Part shown: positions 1 through 11,800 of the stretch, in pieces | Layout: every line of letters begins with the position of its first letter | Position numbering within the stretch: position 1 is the stretch's first letter | Assembly (NCBI GenBank): GCA_907165135.1 | Contig: OU015568.1 | Location: 1,426,001 to 1,490,000, forward strand | Direction of reading: 5' to 3' | DNA from: Oikopleura dioica | Taxonomy: Eukaryota > Animalia > Chordata | Length of the DNA stretch: 64,000 nt | Notes under the pieces: generated by a model | Told to the model about the DNA's origin: nothing | What the model saw: only the letters and a program-made list of their open reading frames with translations | The model's database searches: none | Position numbers and translations under genes: made by a program

Positions 1-71
1 TTGAACAGGAAATAGTCTCACTCCTCAAATTAACAAGCCATCATCAAATTTGAAACATCATAAAAGAGATA

Positions 72-2117
72 ATGATCGATAGAGAAACTGTCGACTTGAG
101 TATACCTTTACCGAAGTTATCGACTGAAGACTATCTTGTTTTTACGGGTCTCCTAGCGATCTCGGTAAGATGGTATTCGGAAGTATTTTGCTAATGATAA
201 TTTAAGGCATTTATAGGACTCTTTTACGCGTTCATAGACTCGAGGAAAAATGAAAATGAGTCGACTAACAAGTTCGATTCTGATGAAGATGCCTATCTCG
301 TCGGCAATCGCTCTGTAAGTCCCTAACGCGACTTTACTTCTTGGTAGACAGGAAGTGAATGGCAAGACTAAGTTCATTATTCTATCTAGATGTCATCGTT
401 TCCTGTGGCTTTATCCTTGACAGCTTCGTTTATGTCTTCAATCACCGTTATATCCACACCTGCCGAGATCTATTTCTATGGAACCATGTTTCTCTGGTTC
501 TGTGTTTCGTATCTTCTCGTCGCTTTTCTTACCTCTCGAATCTACATGCCGTTCTTTTACCGCCAAGGATTCACAAGCACCTACCAGTATATCGAGAAAC
601 GATTCGACAGGCAATTCAAGCTGATTCTTTGCGCTGTCTACACTTTTAACTCTGTCGTTTATGCTGGAATCGGTGAGTTACTCGATTTCATTTCCTCTTA
701 TTGTTTTTTCCTTTAGTTGTTTATGCTCCTGCCTTCGCCATCGAAAAGGTCTGCAATGTTCCAAAGAATCAAGCGATCGCTATTATGGGAGTCGTTTGCT
801 GCATCTATACTTCTCTGGGCGGCATCAAGGCTGTCATATGGACGGATGTTGTCCAGTATATTTCCATGTACGCCGGTTTCCTCGCGCTTATTTGGAAAGG
901 CTGCAAAGACATGGGTGTTGATTTCATCTACAATACAGCTCTTGACAATGATCGACTTGTATTCGATGATTTTTCGATGGATCCGCGAGTGCGACATTCT
1001 GTTTTCTCGACCGTCTTTGGCGGCACTTTTGGCCTCTGGCTCGGTAATCATCAAGTTTTCTGCTAGAAACGTCAGATTTTTAGGCTTGTATGGGACGAAT
1101 CAATCGAATGTCCAAAGATACATCTGCTGCAAATCCGAGAAAACAGCAAGAAAGGCAATTTGGATGAACTCTTTTGCACTTATTGCTATAAATATTACTG
1201 CTGCTTTGACAGGATTGATAATGTTTGCTTATTATGTTGGCTGTGATCCACTATCAGGTAAATTTTTAGACATGAATAAGGAAAAAGAGTCGTTTAGCCG
1301 GTGTAATCGATAAAAAAGACCAGCTGGTGCCCTACATGGTGATGCAAAAGCTGTCAGAGTACAAGGGGCTTCCTGGCCTCTTCTTAGCTTCAGCCACTTC
1401 CGGTACACTCTCGACTGTCTCCAGCGGAATAAATGGCTTGTGCGCTGTTCTCATCGATGAACTGAAATCGAGCTTTGGTGTTGTTCGCAAAAATAGCTAT
1501 CTTTGGTCAAGAGTCATCGTCTTCATCGCTGGCGTCTTTGTCATTCTCGCCGCCTATGGCGCCGATGCTCTTGGCAACACTGTTCTTCAGGCGTCAATGA
1601 GTGTTAATGGAATCGTTGCAGGACCAACCTTGGGGTTGTTTTCTTTGGGAATGTTCTGCCCGTGGGTTTCCAAGACTCCCGCGAAAATTGGCTATTTTAC
1701 GGGACTCGGGCTTGCGATTGCTTTTTATGTGATGAGCAATCCTACTGATGAGTTTACGAAGCCATTAGAAGGTAGCAAAATTTTTTTGTTCGAATAGAAT
1801 GATCGTTATTTTTAGTGAATACGATGCAGTGTTTCAATCAATCCTCACTACCTGAATCTTCTCCTGCGTCTTACTTATCCGAAGACCAAAGTTCTTTCCA
1901 AATTTCTTACGTTTTTCTGTCGACAACAGGTCTTTTCGCCACTATTATTGCTGCTTTGATGAGTTCCTTCCTTTTCCCAATTCCTCCACAAGATCAAAGA
2001 GCGCGATCGCTCTACTCCACATTACTCTGGGACGTTCCTTACTTTGAGGCGTTCTTCTCTGACGAATCTGACTCGCAAAAAGAGAAGCTCTTTGACAGCT
2101 CATCTTCTAGTATTTGA
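72..2117 (+). CDS. Sodium:solute symporter (SLC5A6/SLC5A8-like), 7 exons
   Basis: ATG at 72; GT-AG introns approx 165-206, 315-389, 673-716, 1045-1084, 1258-1297, 1772-1815 join in frame. Motifs YLVGNRSMSSFPVALSLTASFMS, YTSLGGIKAVIWTDVVQ, NQSNVQRY, GLPGLFLA..SGTLSTVSSGIN are typical of SLC5. Confidence 0.93.
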
Positions 2118-2883
2118 CTGCCTTATAATATGTATTACAGATCTGATAAATAAATCAAGTCGAATTCAGTTATCAGAGTCTGATTTTGTGCCAAATTGAG
2201 TCAAACTGATTTAGCTTGATTTAAAATTTTAGAACCCAACTACCGGTTAGCGAGCAGCCGCAGCTGTCACTTCGTGTCTAGAATTGTTCTCGCCGGTGAA
2301 TAATTAGGGGGCTTTCTTAAGATAATTATGAGGGGTTCTTAGAGGTCATTTTTCATCCCAAATACCAAAAAAAAAACGATAAATGTAAAAAAATAAATGT
2401 TTGGATTCAAGATTTTTAAAAAATCTTTTTTGTTATTATGTAATAAAATATCATGAAACGTGATTTCTACTAATTAATTACCAATTATCAATTTACCATC
2501 AAATAGATATTCTTATCCGGAAGCGCGTAAACGTAATCGACTTGTCCGAATACGATAAATCATCGAGATTTTTCTACAAAATAACTTCTCCTCATTTCGT
2601 CCACTCAGCGGATCGATCGTCCGCCGAGCGCTCAGGTGGCGCTCGCGAGCTTGGCCAAGGCTCTAGCGCGGAGGGGAAAATGCTCTAGCGCTGCTATCTT
2701 CGCGCTTTGCGCAACGTAAGCTTCTCTTGGGGAAAAATAGCACCAATGCCAATTCGAAATTAATCGACGATCATAAGTAGTAGAAACGCGATCCGTATTT
2801 TTTTATAACAAGAGATAAAGAAAACCAGAGATCCAGAAAAAAATCAAAAACGAAGACCCAGAAATCCGAAGAAAATCAAAAGA

Positions 2884-5800
2884 ATGGGCTTCGCAAAGTC
2901 GATCAAGTCGCTTTTCAAGGGAAAAGGAAAGGGATCAAAAAAGGAAGATGATCTCTTCAACCCTTATGAGAAGTCGCAAAAGGCTACGGTCGGGAGAAAT
3001 AAGGTACAGTTAGCATCAGATCAATGATCTGGCAGGATGCAGGGCAGTGGCTCTTAAGAAATAATTGTCAGAGGAGTCTTCCGGAGTTGAGGAAATCGTG
3101 TGACGGGCTAAAATAATTTTTAGAAAAAAATGCTTAAAAAGCATTTTTTTATTTTTCAGACTCGAAAATTTTTTTTTGGGAGTCGAAATTGCGGAGTCGG
3201 CTCGAATAAACAAAAATTGTAATTCGACTTTTGTGATAATTTTTTTGAACTCTTATTGGCAAACCTGCCGAATGGGTTATCCTGATTGGTCTCAAATTTG
3301 ACCGAAATTTTGGTCAATCAGAATTAAGACCAATCAAATTACCGCATTTGGCCGGTTTGCCAATCAGAGTTCAAAAAAATCATCTCAAAAATCGAATTTT
3401 TTCAATAATTTTTTTTATCAACTCGAGTCTCTACCCTTAAATTGACCGAACAAAGCGTAAAACAATTTTTTCTTCCTGTTTTCTTGGGAAAATGAGTTCA
3501 TAATTAAATTTACTAATCCTCGTTGGAATTATTTTTGTTATCGTCAGGCAAAATTGGAATTTGTTTTTAATATTGGCTGAATTTGTTTTTCGATAATTTC
3601 TGGATTATTGAGTGATCAACAAAAGTCAAGAGTGCACACGTTAGAAACGATAAGCGGCATTTATTTGTATTTCGGCGACGAGAAATTGCGGCGAGTAATA
3701 GAAGTGTACAAAAAAGGGATAAGCTGGGGCGAGAATGGGGCTTAGGCGGCGCTTTTAACCTCAAATGTTTGTTCAGCGAATGATGCAACTTGGCGAGTTC
3801 TAACGACCATAAAAGGACAATCACTCGCTTTTTGACAGGAATCAATTCAAATGCTTGATTAATTAATAAGATGATGGTCAATTAAGTAACTGTACTTTCT
3901 CCGAAAAAACAGACAAAAAATTGCTGACAAATTTTTCTTCTCCAGAGTTCCGATAAATAAAAAGGTGCAAATTTAGATCATATGATTTTGTATCGAACGT
4001 TTTCGTTTATTGGATAAACTTCATCAGGATACTAAACTTAAGATGAACGAAAAAGAAACAGAGGAAAAAGAATACTTTTATGTTGAGAGAGCAGTGTGAA
4101 CTTGCTAACTGAGGAAAACAGAAAAACAAGATCAAAAAATGGCTGTTTTTAGTCGAGCGCCAAGGTGGCCCAAAACAGTGCTCGACTAAATTAAAAAGTT
4201 TTGAACTGTTTGAAATCAGATTGTTCATTTAGGGAGGGTCGATGCAGTAAAATAAGAAATTGTTCAGCGCTTCTCCTTTGACTCTCATTAGTTAGATTAG
4301 TTTGCAGAACATCAAAGTATTTTAAAGCATAGTCATTTTTTGAAAATTTGTATCGAATTTTCGGAGGATTTTTAGAGTGTTTTGGGCCACCTTGGCGCTC
4401 GACTAAAAACAGCCATTTTTTGATCTTGTTTTTCTGTTTTCCTCAGTTAGCAAGTTCACACTGCTCTCTCAACATAAAAGTATTCTTTTTCCTCTGTTTC
4501 TTTTTCGTTCATCTTAAGTTTAGTATCCTGATGAAGTTTATCCAATAAACGAAAACGTTCGATACAAAATCATATGATCTATTAACGAAGTCAACCCGAA
4601 AAGATATAGGTGCAAATTTATTAAAATTTTACAATAAGGGTGTCAATATCTTATTTTTTTGCTTGAATTCAAAGTTCAAAAAGAGAAGGAGCAAAAATAG
4701 TTCAATAAATTAATCCAAAATTTTGCGGAAATTGAGGACCAATCAGATTTCCAAATTTGACAGGTAGGCCAACCAGATCTATGAAAAATTTTTGGTCGAA
4801 ATCAATCTTAGCATTTTCTTGTCCAATCGAGTTGTCACCTTTTTCAAATGTCTAAAAAGCGTGAAATAAGGGTGTCAATAAGTTAATTCTCTACTTGAAT
4901 TTGTACGTGAAAAAGTGGGACAATATAATTGTTTTGTATCCTTTGAACAATTATGGATTCGGTTACAACAAATTTATAATTTGATCTAGCACAAAATAAT
5001 CAGATATATCAGAATAATCAGAATATTATACTTGACGTAGAAACGGGTTAACAACACACAAGATACCAAGTTTACAAGCGAGCCACGTATTTTGTTATTC
5101 CTTCTCCTACAAGCTGGATACACAAAGAAAGAGATAAGCGACAAAAGCTGCCAAGTTTGTGGCCATTTCAAGAGCTTAGAGTGAACTTCTACCGAACAAT
5201 TTTAACCCTAGAAGCTTAACCCATTCGTATGTAACTGTCAATCGCCTCAAACACGCGGCCAATTATTCTCAACCGCTCATTTTCTAATTCTTCAAAAAAC
5301 CCCCTTCTTCAGCAAAAAACGAGAAATGCCAGAATCCACCAAAAAGAAAATTCTCAAATTCTCTCCTCATAACAGACCGTGTTTTTTGGACCTTCTTTAA
5401 TGAGTTAATTAGTAATCTGTAAAAGGGAGGAGAAAAATTTCTTCAGAAGAGTTTTTTAGAAAAATTTTGAAAATCGTCTGAAGTGCAATTTTCAAAGTGA
5501 AGTTTTAGATGCAAATGAAATAGAGGATTATAAATAAGGGGGTGACGTCAGGAACCGACAAAAATTTTCGACAAATTTTGCGTTGGCGGCTTCTCGGCTT
5601 CTGATTGGCCAGTAAGCCGAATCTAGGCTTCTGATTGGTTGAAAATTTTAACAAAAAATTTATCGAAATTTTTTGTCGGTTCTACACTTAACCTTAGCCC
5701 GCCAAAAGTGGATTTTCTGGGGTACCCGCCAAGAACACCATATATGGTGCATCCTCTATTATAGCTCTGCACCATATTTGGTTAATCATGATTTAATTAA

Positions 5801-8800
5801 AAATCTTTGCTAGAAAATAATTTTATTGTTCAATAATGGTGTTCCAATGATAACACTAGAGTTCATTCAATCGAAAATTCACTCAGAGAAGTTCATAAAT
5901 TGTGGATCAGAGAAGCTGACCAGGGTTAATTTTCGGCAAAATCGCTGGGAAAAAGCTGGGGTACCCGCCAAAAACACCATATATGGTGCATCAACAATTG
6001 AAGCTCGACACCATATATGGTGCATGGACATTTCGCGAAAATAAGGGTCTACCGACGCTAAGGTCTATCAGAAACAGGCCAAAAATCCCTCAAACGATAG
6101 ATAATCGATCAAGCCGTCTCAGCGTATCCTTAATTTTCAAAAAAATTTTCAATGTCCAGCGCAGTGAACAAATACTTAACCGATTCCCGAGTTGTGGTGT
6201 ACCTTGGCGGGCTAAGGTTAAATAAAGCTGCTGTTGAAAAAAACATTTTTTTGGCCATTTTTGTTGATGGGTTAAATTAATTTAAATCATTCATCAAAGC
6301 GAAGAAACAAATACAGTCGGATGAGCCGAGCTTCATTTGCGAATAAAATCCGCATCGGTTTTATTGATCCCTCAGAACTTCCGCCTTTCGCGTTGCATTC
6401 GTTTATTTTCCCACGTGACTGGCCCCCTGACATCTCGCCACGATAATCTTCAATTTGCGGTTAATTTTGCTCCATTTCTTGTTATCTACTTTTCCCGTTT
6501 TGAGAAAGTGGTACACACACTTTGACATGATTTTAAATTGCCAATTTTTTTCGGAAAGCTAGAATCGTCAACGCCCAAATTTCGCGTTGGTTTTCGCACG
6601 TAAAATCCATTTTACTGGATTTTGGAATCAAGTCACGTGAGCCTTCGAGGCTCAATTCCGTAACAATCGACTTCGGTTTCGAAAATTGCCGGGAAGGTGG
6701 GAGAAATACGTGGTGGAAGGATTCTAGCGCTAATGCGAATTCTGACTGGTCATTGTGTTTTTCAAGCGCATGATTATTTTTGCAATTGATATATTTTCGA
6801 CGTGCCAAAAGTCTCCTTGTTTTCAATTAAGAATTAGGGAGAGGCAGCTGGCTTTCAAACTGGATTTTAAGTTTTCAGGAATTAATGATTTGACACCTTT
6901 ATTTTATTCTCAATAATAAACTTCCATTGCTGAAGTTTTTTTTATAAATTTACTGCTTTCAATCGAGAAGCCGCTTGCGGCTTCGAAAACGAGGGAGATT
7001 GAGCGCGGCTTTTTCGTCATTTTTTTTTTGCTCAAAGCCGCAAGCGGCTTCTCGTTTTTCATTAGTCTATCTATTTAATGGGCATTCGGAATTCGCGCGA
7101 AAAACAGTCAGATGAAAATCGTGGTAGAATAAGGGTATCACAAAGTTAATTCTGGCAAAGAAACAGGATTCTTGAAGCTCAGATCCAAATACCCTGATTT
7201 CTTTGGGCGGAAAGGTAAATCTGTCCACGTTGCAAGTTTTGTCCAAGAAAGTTAACCTCAAGTTAATGTGGCAATCTAAATTTGCTTAGTTCCGGGTTTT
7301 GAATTATTCGCAAATCGGTTGCGTTGTCGTCTGTTTTGGGAGGTCGGCGGCGAAATATCATCTGCCAACATTAAAAAGGTTACCATTCTCTGTTTAGAGA
7401 GCGGCTTCTTGTTGTGACAGAGCAGCAGCACAGTTGTGGAAATTCACAACACTCTCTAATGCCAACCAGCGCCAAAACGTCCTAATAAGGGATAATAGGA
7501 GTTGACTAAACAGGTGATTTTGTGAACACCGTTAGCACATTCTTGGGATTTGATTAACATAGCAAAATAAAACACAGAATAAGCGAAAAAGTAGCTTTTT
7601 TGACTCAAAAAACTTACTCGAACCAATCAAAATCGTGCTCAAAAATTTAGTAAATCAAGAAAAATATTGATTGGCCGAGTAAATTTTGTGTTATTTTTGG
7701 TCAAAAAATCATTAATTTAATAAATTTTTGAGCATAATTTTGATTGGTTAAAAAACAATTTTTTAAACTGATAATTACAGTCTGACCTGCACCACGCTAT
7801 GTTTGATCGAAACGAAGTTATCCAATGTATCGCATCCTGTTGCCTCGATAAGTCGTGAATTACATCGTTGATAGCACCTGTAATCAACGCCTCACTATGT
7901 ATAGCCTTTTTAGGGGGGAGATAAAGGGCGGGTACTTTTAGAACTTCTTTGCTACGAGTAAGGGCGCACAACAAAGGGTTCTTCCGGCTTGGAACGTGAG
8001 TCGAACTCTTGAGAAAAAGGGGGTCAAGAAGTTGCGTCGGCGAATTAAGGGGATACGGTATCCCGGATACCCTTCAAAAACGAAGTGAATCTTAAGACAG
8101 AAAAAATGCTAAGAACGGATTGTTATAAAATATTGTTTTTGAATGAATATTTCAAATATAGAACAAGGGTATCATTATGGTTATTTTAAAAAGTTAGGCC
8201 TGGTCTCCCCTTATTCTTAATTTTAAAAAGAAATTAATTTATTATAAGTCTTCAATCAAAAATTAAAAAGCCACCGCCTCGACCAGATATCTATCATCAT
8301 TGCCACCGAGTGACATAAACCTACACCCTTTCGTTTAAACATTAGAAGGTCACCTTACAAAAAAAAAAGAAAAGCTACACTTATCCCTGGACGGACTTGC
8401 CCGTCAATTTTTAACAACTACGGTTTTGAAGATGTCGCCCATTTGCTCTACAAACTCGATCAGAGAAAAATCCAATTGGACAGCGGGGCGCAATTTTTTT
8501 CAAAATAGAATTTTTGAAAGTTGAAATTTACCAAATTAAATTCAGCTAGAGGGAGAGGGTGATCCTTAATTATATTTAGAGGATGAACTGCTGAGAGAAT
8601 TAAGGATCCGTTCAGTTACCGTTATTTTCCGACTATCCGACTTTTGTTACAAAAAAATACATTCGACTTTGTTTATCCTTGTGATACCCTTAAGAATTTT
8701 ATTTTGAAAATCGAGAAGCCGCTTGAATTTTCGACTAAAAATAGATAAGCTGCACAAAACGCGGCTTCTTCTTTTTGCTTAATTTTCAAGCATATTATTC

Positions 8801-11800
8801 TTAAGGGTGTCACGATCATAAAAAAATTGAAAAGATATCAATTCATTTTGTTCTTAAAAATCTTAAGAAAACTAGGAAGTGCTTTAAGGAGGTAGTCCTC
8901 GCTTTTTGCGATTTCGGCACTTTTTGAACAGCGCTCACACAAATTTGGGCTTATAAAGGAGGATGAAACTTTCAGTTTTAGAAAGGTCTATCCCAGGTCT
9001 AGAGTTGCCACTCAAGAAAAGAAAATTTAATAAATCGCGTAAGGAGCTAGAGAGCAATTTACTAGCATATCTCTGCCGAAATCGTCATTTTGACCTATTT
9101 TTGAACACGCGTAGAACCACCAAAACGCAATCGCGAATTCGAACTCTATATATTTTTAGAAAGCTTATACGCTGGTTTAAAGTTGCCATATAAGAAAATT
9201 TAAAAATTAAAAAAAATCATTTTGTAATACAATCGATCAAACCTTGAGTCTCGAGAACTTGAAAAAATGGGTTTTTGAAAGAAGGTTTATCTTATATAAC
9301 CTTTCCACAAGATATACTTTTTATCATTTTTATATTCTAGAGACCATCATCAATAAAAATAAGGCCGTAACTTTCGTTGAAAAAGTCAAAAAATTTCGAG
9401 TTTTTGAAATTTTTCATCAAAATCTCACTTTTCAAGTGCGATTTTGGGGGCTTTCCCCTGGCATTTGAAAAAACTGATCAATACAAAATTTGTAGCTCTT
9501 TTAACGAGCTTTCAGAATCTGGAAAGAAAATTTGAAAATTCCGATTTACTCAAAACCGAGGACTACCTCCTTAATACCTTAAAAAATAGAAATCCCCTCG
9601 CAGTATGATTACATAAGGGTTGGAGGATAAAATTCAAAAAGCGTGAAGATCCTTAAAATTGGAGCAAGTACGCTTGGATTAGTCCACCCGGATCAGTTTT
9701 ATAAACCCTGCCGAGCTCATATCATCGTACAGATAAACGTGAGAACGAACCTTTATTTTTTTAGAGGGACATTTTTGCTAGCGCTAGAACTCGGCTAGTC
9801 ATCAATATTCGTGCGCCGGAAGGAGTTCTTCTTGATTATAAATTTGAAAAGGAAAGAATTGATCGATCCATTTTTAGAAAAATTCATTTTAGAAAAAAGA
9901 AAGGCGCTCTTGCCTAAAATTAAACCGTCACGATAAAATTTGAACAAGAAAATGGGTGGGTTCAGTCAAGGCAAAGATAAGATAATAATTTTGCTTTATG
10001 AAATGGTACGCGTAGTGGTTTTATGCAAGCATTGGTTGAATATTTCTAAAAATACAAAATTCTCACAGGAATTTCTAAAAAGTCTGTAAATGATGTGCGC
10101 TGGTTGACCACGGAACCACGTGGATTCGCATATTCACGGTTTTGAAATGTGAATATTTTTTCTCATTTTGATGAATTGAAAAAATGAGTTAACATTTTCT
10201 CGGGCAAAAATTTTTTTGGATTTTTCATTCAAAATTGAGCCTCCATTTTTTGGGTTTCGTCAAGAACCGACAAAAAATTTCGACATTTATCGAATTTTTT
10301 GCGGTTCCTCAAACCTCCCTCTATTTTTTGCTTCTTTAAAATTTTCTGTTTAAAACAAAACATCCCTGAACCCGAAAAAAACTTCCAGCTTTGAAAATCC
10401 GCGAAAAGATCCGTTCTAAAATTATAACTTCGCCCGAAAGCCTTACGTGATTCCCCCCAAAGTAGCAACAAATGGATCATATTTACTCCGTATTGTCTGG
10501 GGCTCTCTTTCGAGCGTCGTAATAAATCCGAGGCTAATTGAATCGGGCATATTTAGCCCAGTTAGACCAAAACCAACTGTTTGTAAATAGAAGTTCTATT
10601 TAGACTACCCTATTCAAAATATTTTGCAAATTCTCCTGTGCTCAAAATTTCAAGAATTTTTCTCAGACAAGTTAAAATTGGACCGGCTCAAATTTTTATT
10701 GTCGAGTTTTCGCAAAATTTTAGTTAGTCCCAAAGTGGCAAAAAGACGAAAAATAGAGCTCTACCGTGGGCGAGAGATATCACGACGGAGTCTGAGGGCC
10801 CGGGCCGGGGTTTTGAATATTTCGCGCACATTCAAATATTTTCCCATGCTTGATGGAGGACTTTTATCTGGTGGAAGACCAAATTGATGGAAGATAGGTC
10901 TAACCTAGACTATTTAAGATAAATTAATCTTTAACTTATAAATAGATAACAATTTTAAAAAATCTTGATCATGTGACTCTTGGAGGACCCTGGAGGACTT
11001 TTTCTGGTGGAAGACCGGCCTTCCTGGAAGACCCTTAAAATTCAGCCACCTTCCATGATTTTTAAATTTAAGGGGCTTGTCGAAGGGCCGTCTCAGCCCC
11101 GTCTCTGGCAAATTTAAATTAAGGGGCTTGACGGCCCTTCGGGCCGTCTCAGCCCCGTCTCTGGCAAATTTAAATTAAGGGGCTTGACGGCCCTTCGGGC
11201 CGTCTCAGCCCCGTCTCTGGCAAATTTAAATTAAGGGGCTTGACGGCCCTTCGGGCCGTCTCAGCCCCGTCTCTGGCAAATTTAAATTAAGGGGCTTGAC
11301 GGCCCTTCGGGCCGTCTCAGCCCCGTCTCTGGCAAATTTAAATTAAGGGGCTTGACGGCCCTTCGGGCCGTCTCAGCCCCGTCTCTGGCAAATTTAAATT
11401 AAGGGGCTTGACGGCCCTTCGGGCCGTCTCAGCCCCGTCTCTGGCAAATTTAAATTAAGGGCTTGACGGCCCTTCGGGCCGTCTCAGCCCCGTCTCTGGC
11501 AAATTTAAATTAAGGGCTTGACGGCCCTTCGGGCCGTCTCAGCCCCGTCTCTGGCAAATTTAAATTAAGGGCTTGACGGCCCTTCGGGCCGTCTCAGCCC
11601 CGTCTCTGGCAAATTTAAATTAGGGGCTTGACGGCCCTTCGGGCCGTCTCAGCCCCGTCTCTGGCAAATTTAAATTAAGGGGCTTGACGGCCCTTCGGGC
11701 CGTCTCAGCCCCGTCTCTGGCAAATTTAAATTAAGGGGCTTGACGGCCCTTCGGGCCGTCTCAGCCCCGTCTCTGGCAAATTTAAATTAAGGGGCTTGAC

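Larger units (their letters stand above)
3976..4607 (-). mobile_element. 5'-truncated Penelope-like retroelement with inverted pseudo-LTRs
   Basis: Perfect 204-bp inverted repeat 3974-4177 / 4378-4581, a 26-nt tail at 4582-4607, and a 13-bp direct repeat AGGTGCAAATTTA at 3963-3975 and 4608-4620. The spacer encodes a GIY-YIG-like C-terminus on the minus strand and each arm holds a hammerhead motif. Confidence 0.85.

Noticed and set aside
3974-4581. TA-flanked Tc1/mariner MITE with 202-bp TIRs; ORFs 4007-4228 and 4348-4548
   Set aside because: The 13-bp TSD, tail, hammerheads and GIY-YIG fragment fit a Penelope-like element better; the two listed ORFs are mirror artefacts of the inverted repeat.
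11110-11165. Hammerhead ribozyme in the satellite unit (CTGAGA plus hairpin on the minus strand)
   Set aside because: Lacks a full CUGANGA and the GAAA after stem II.
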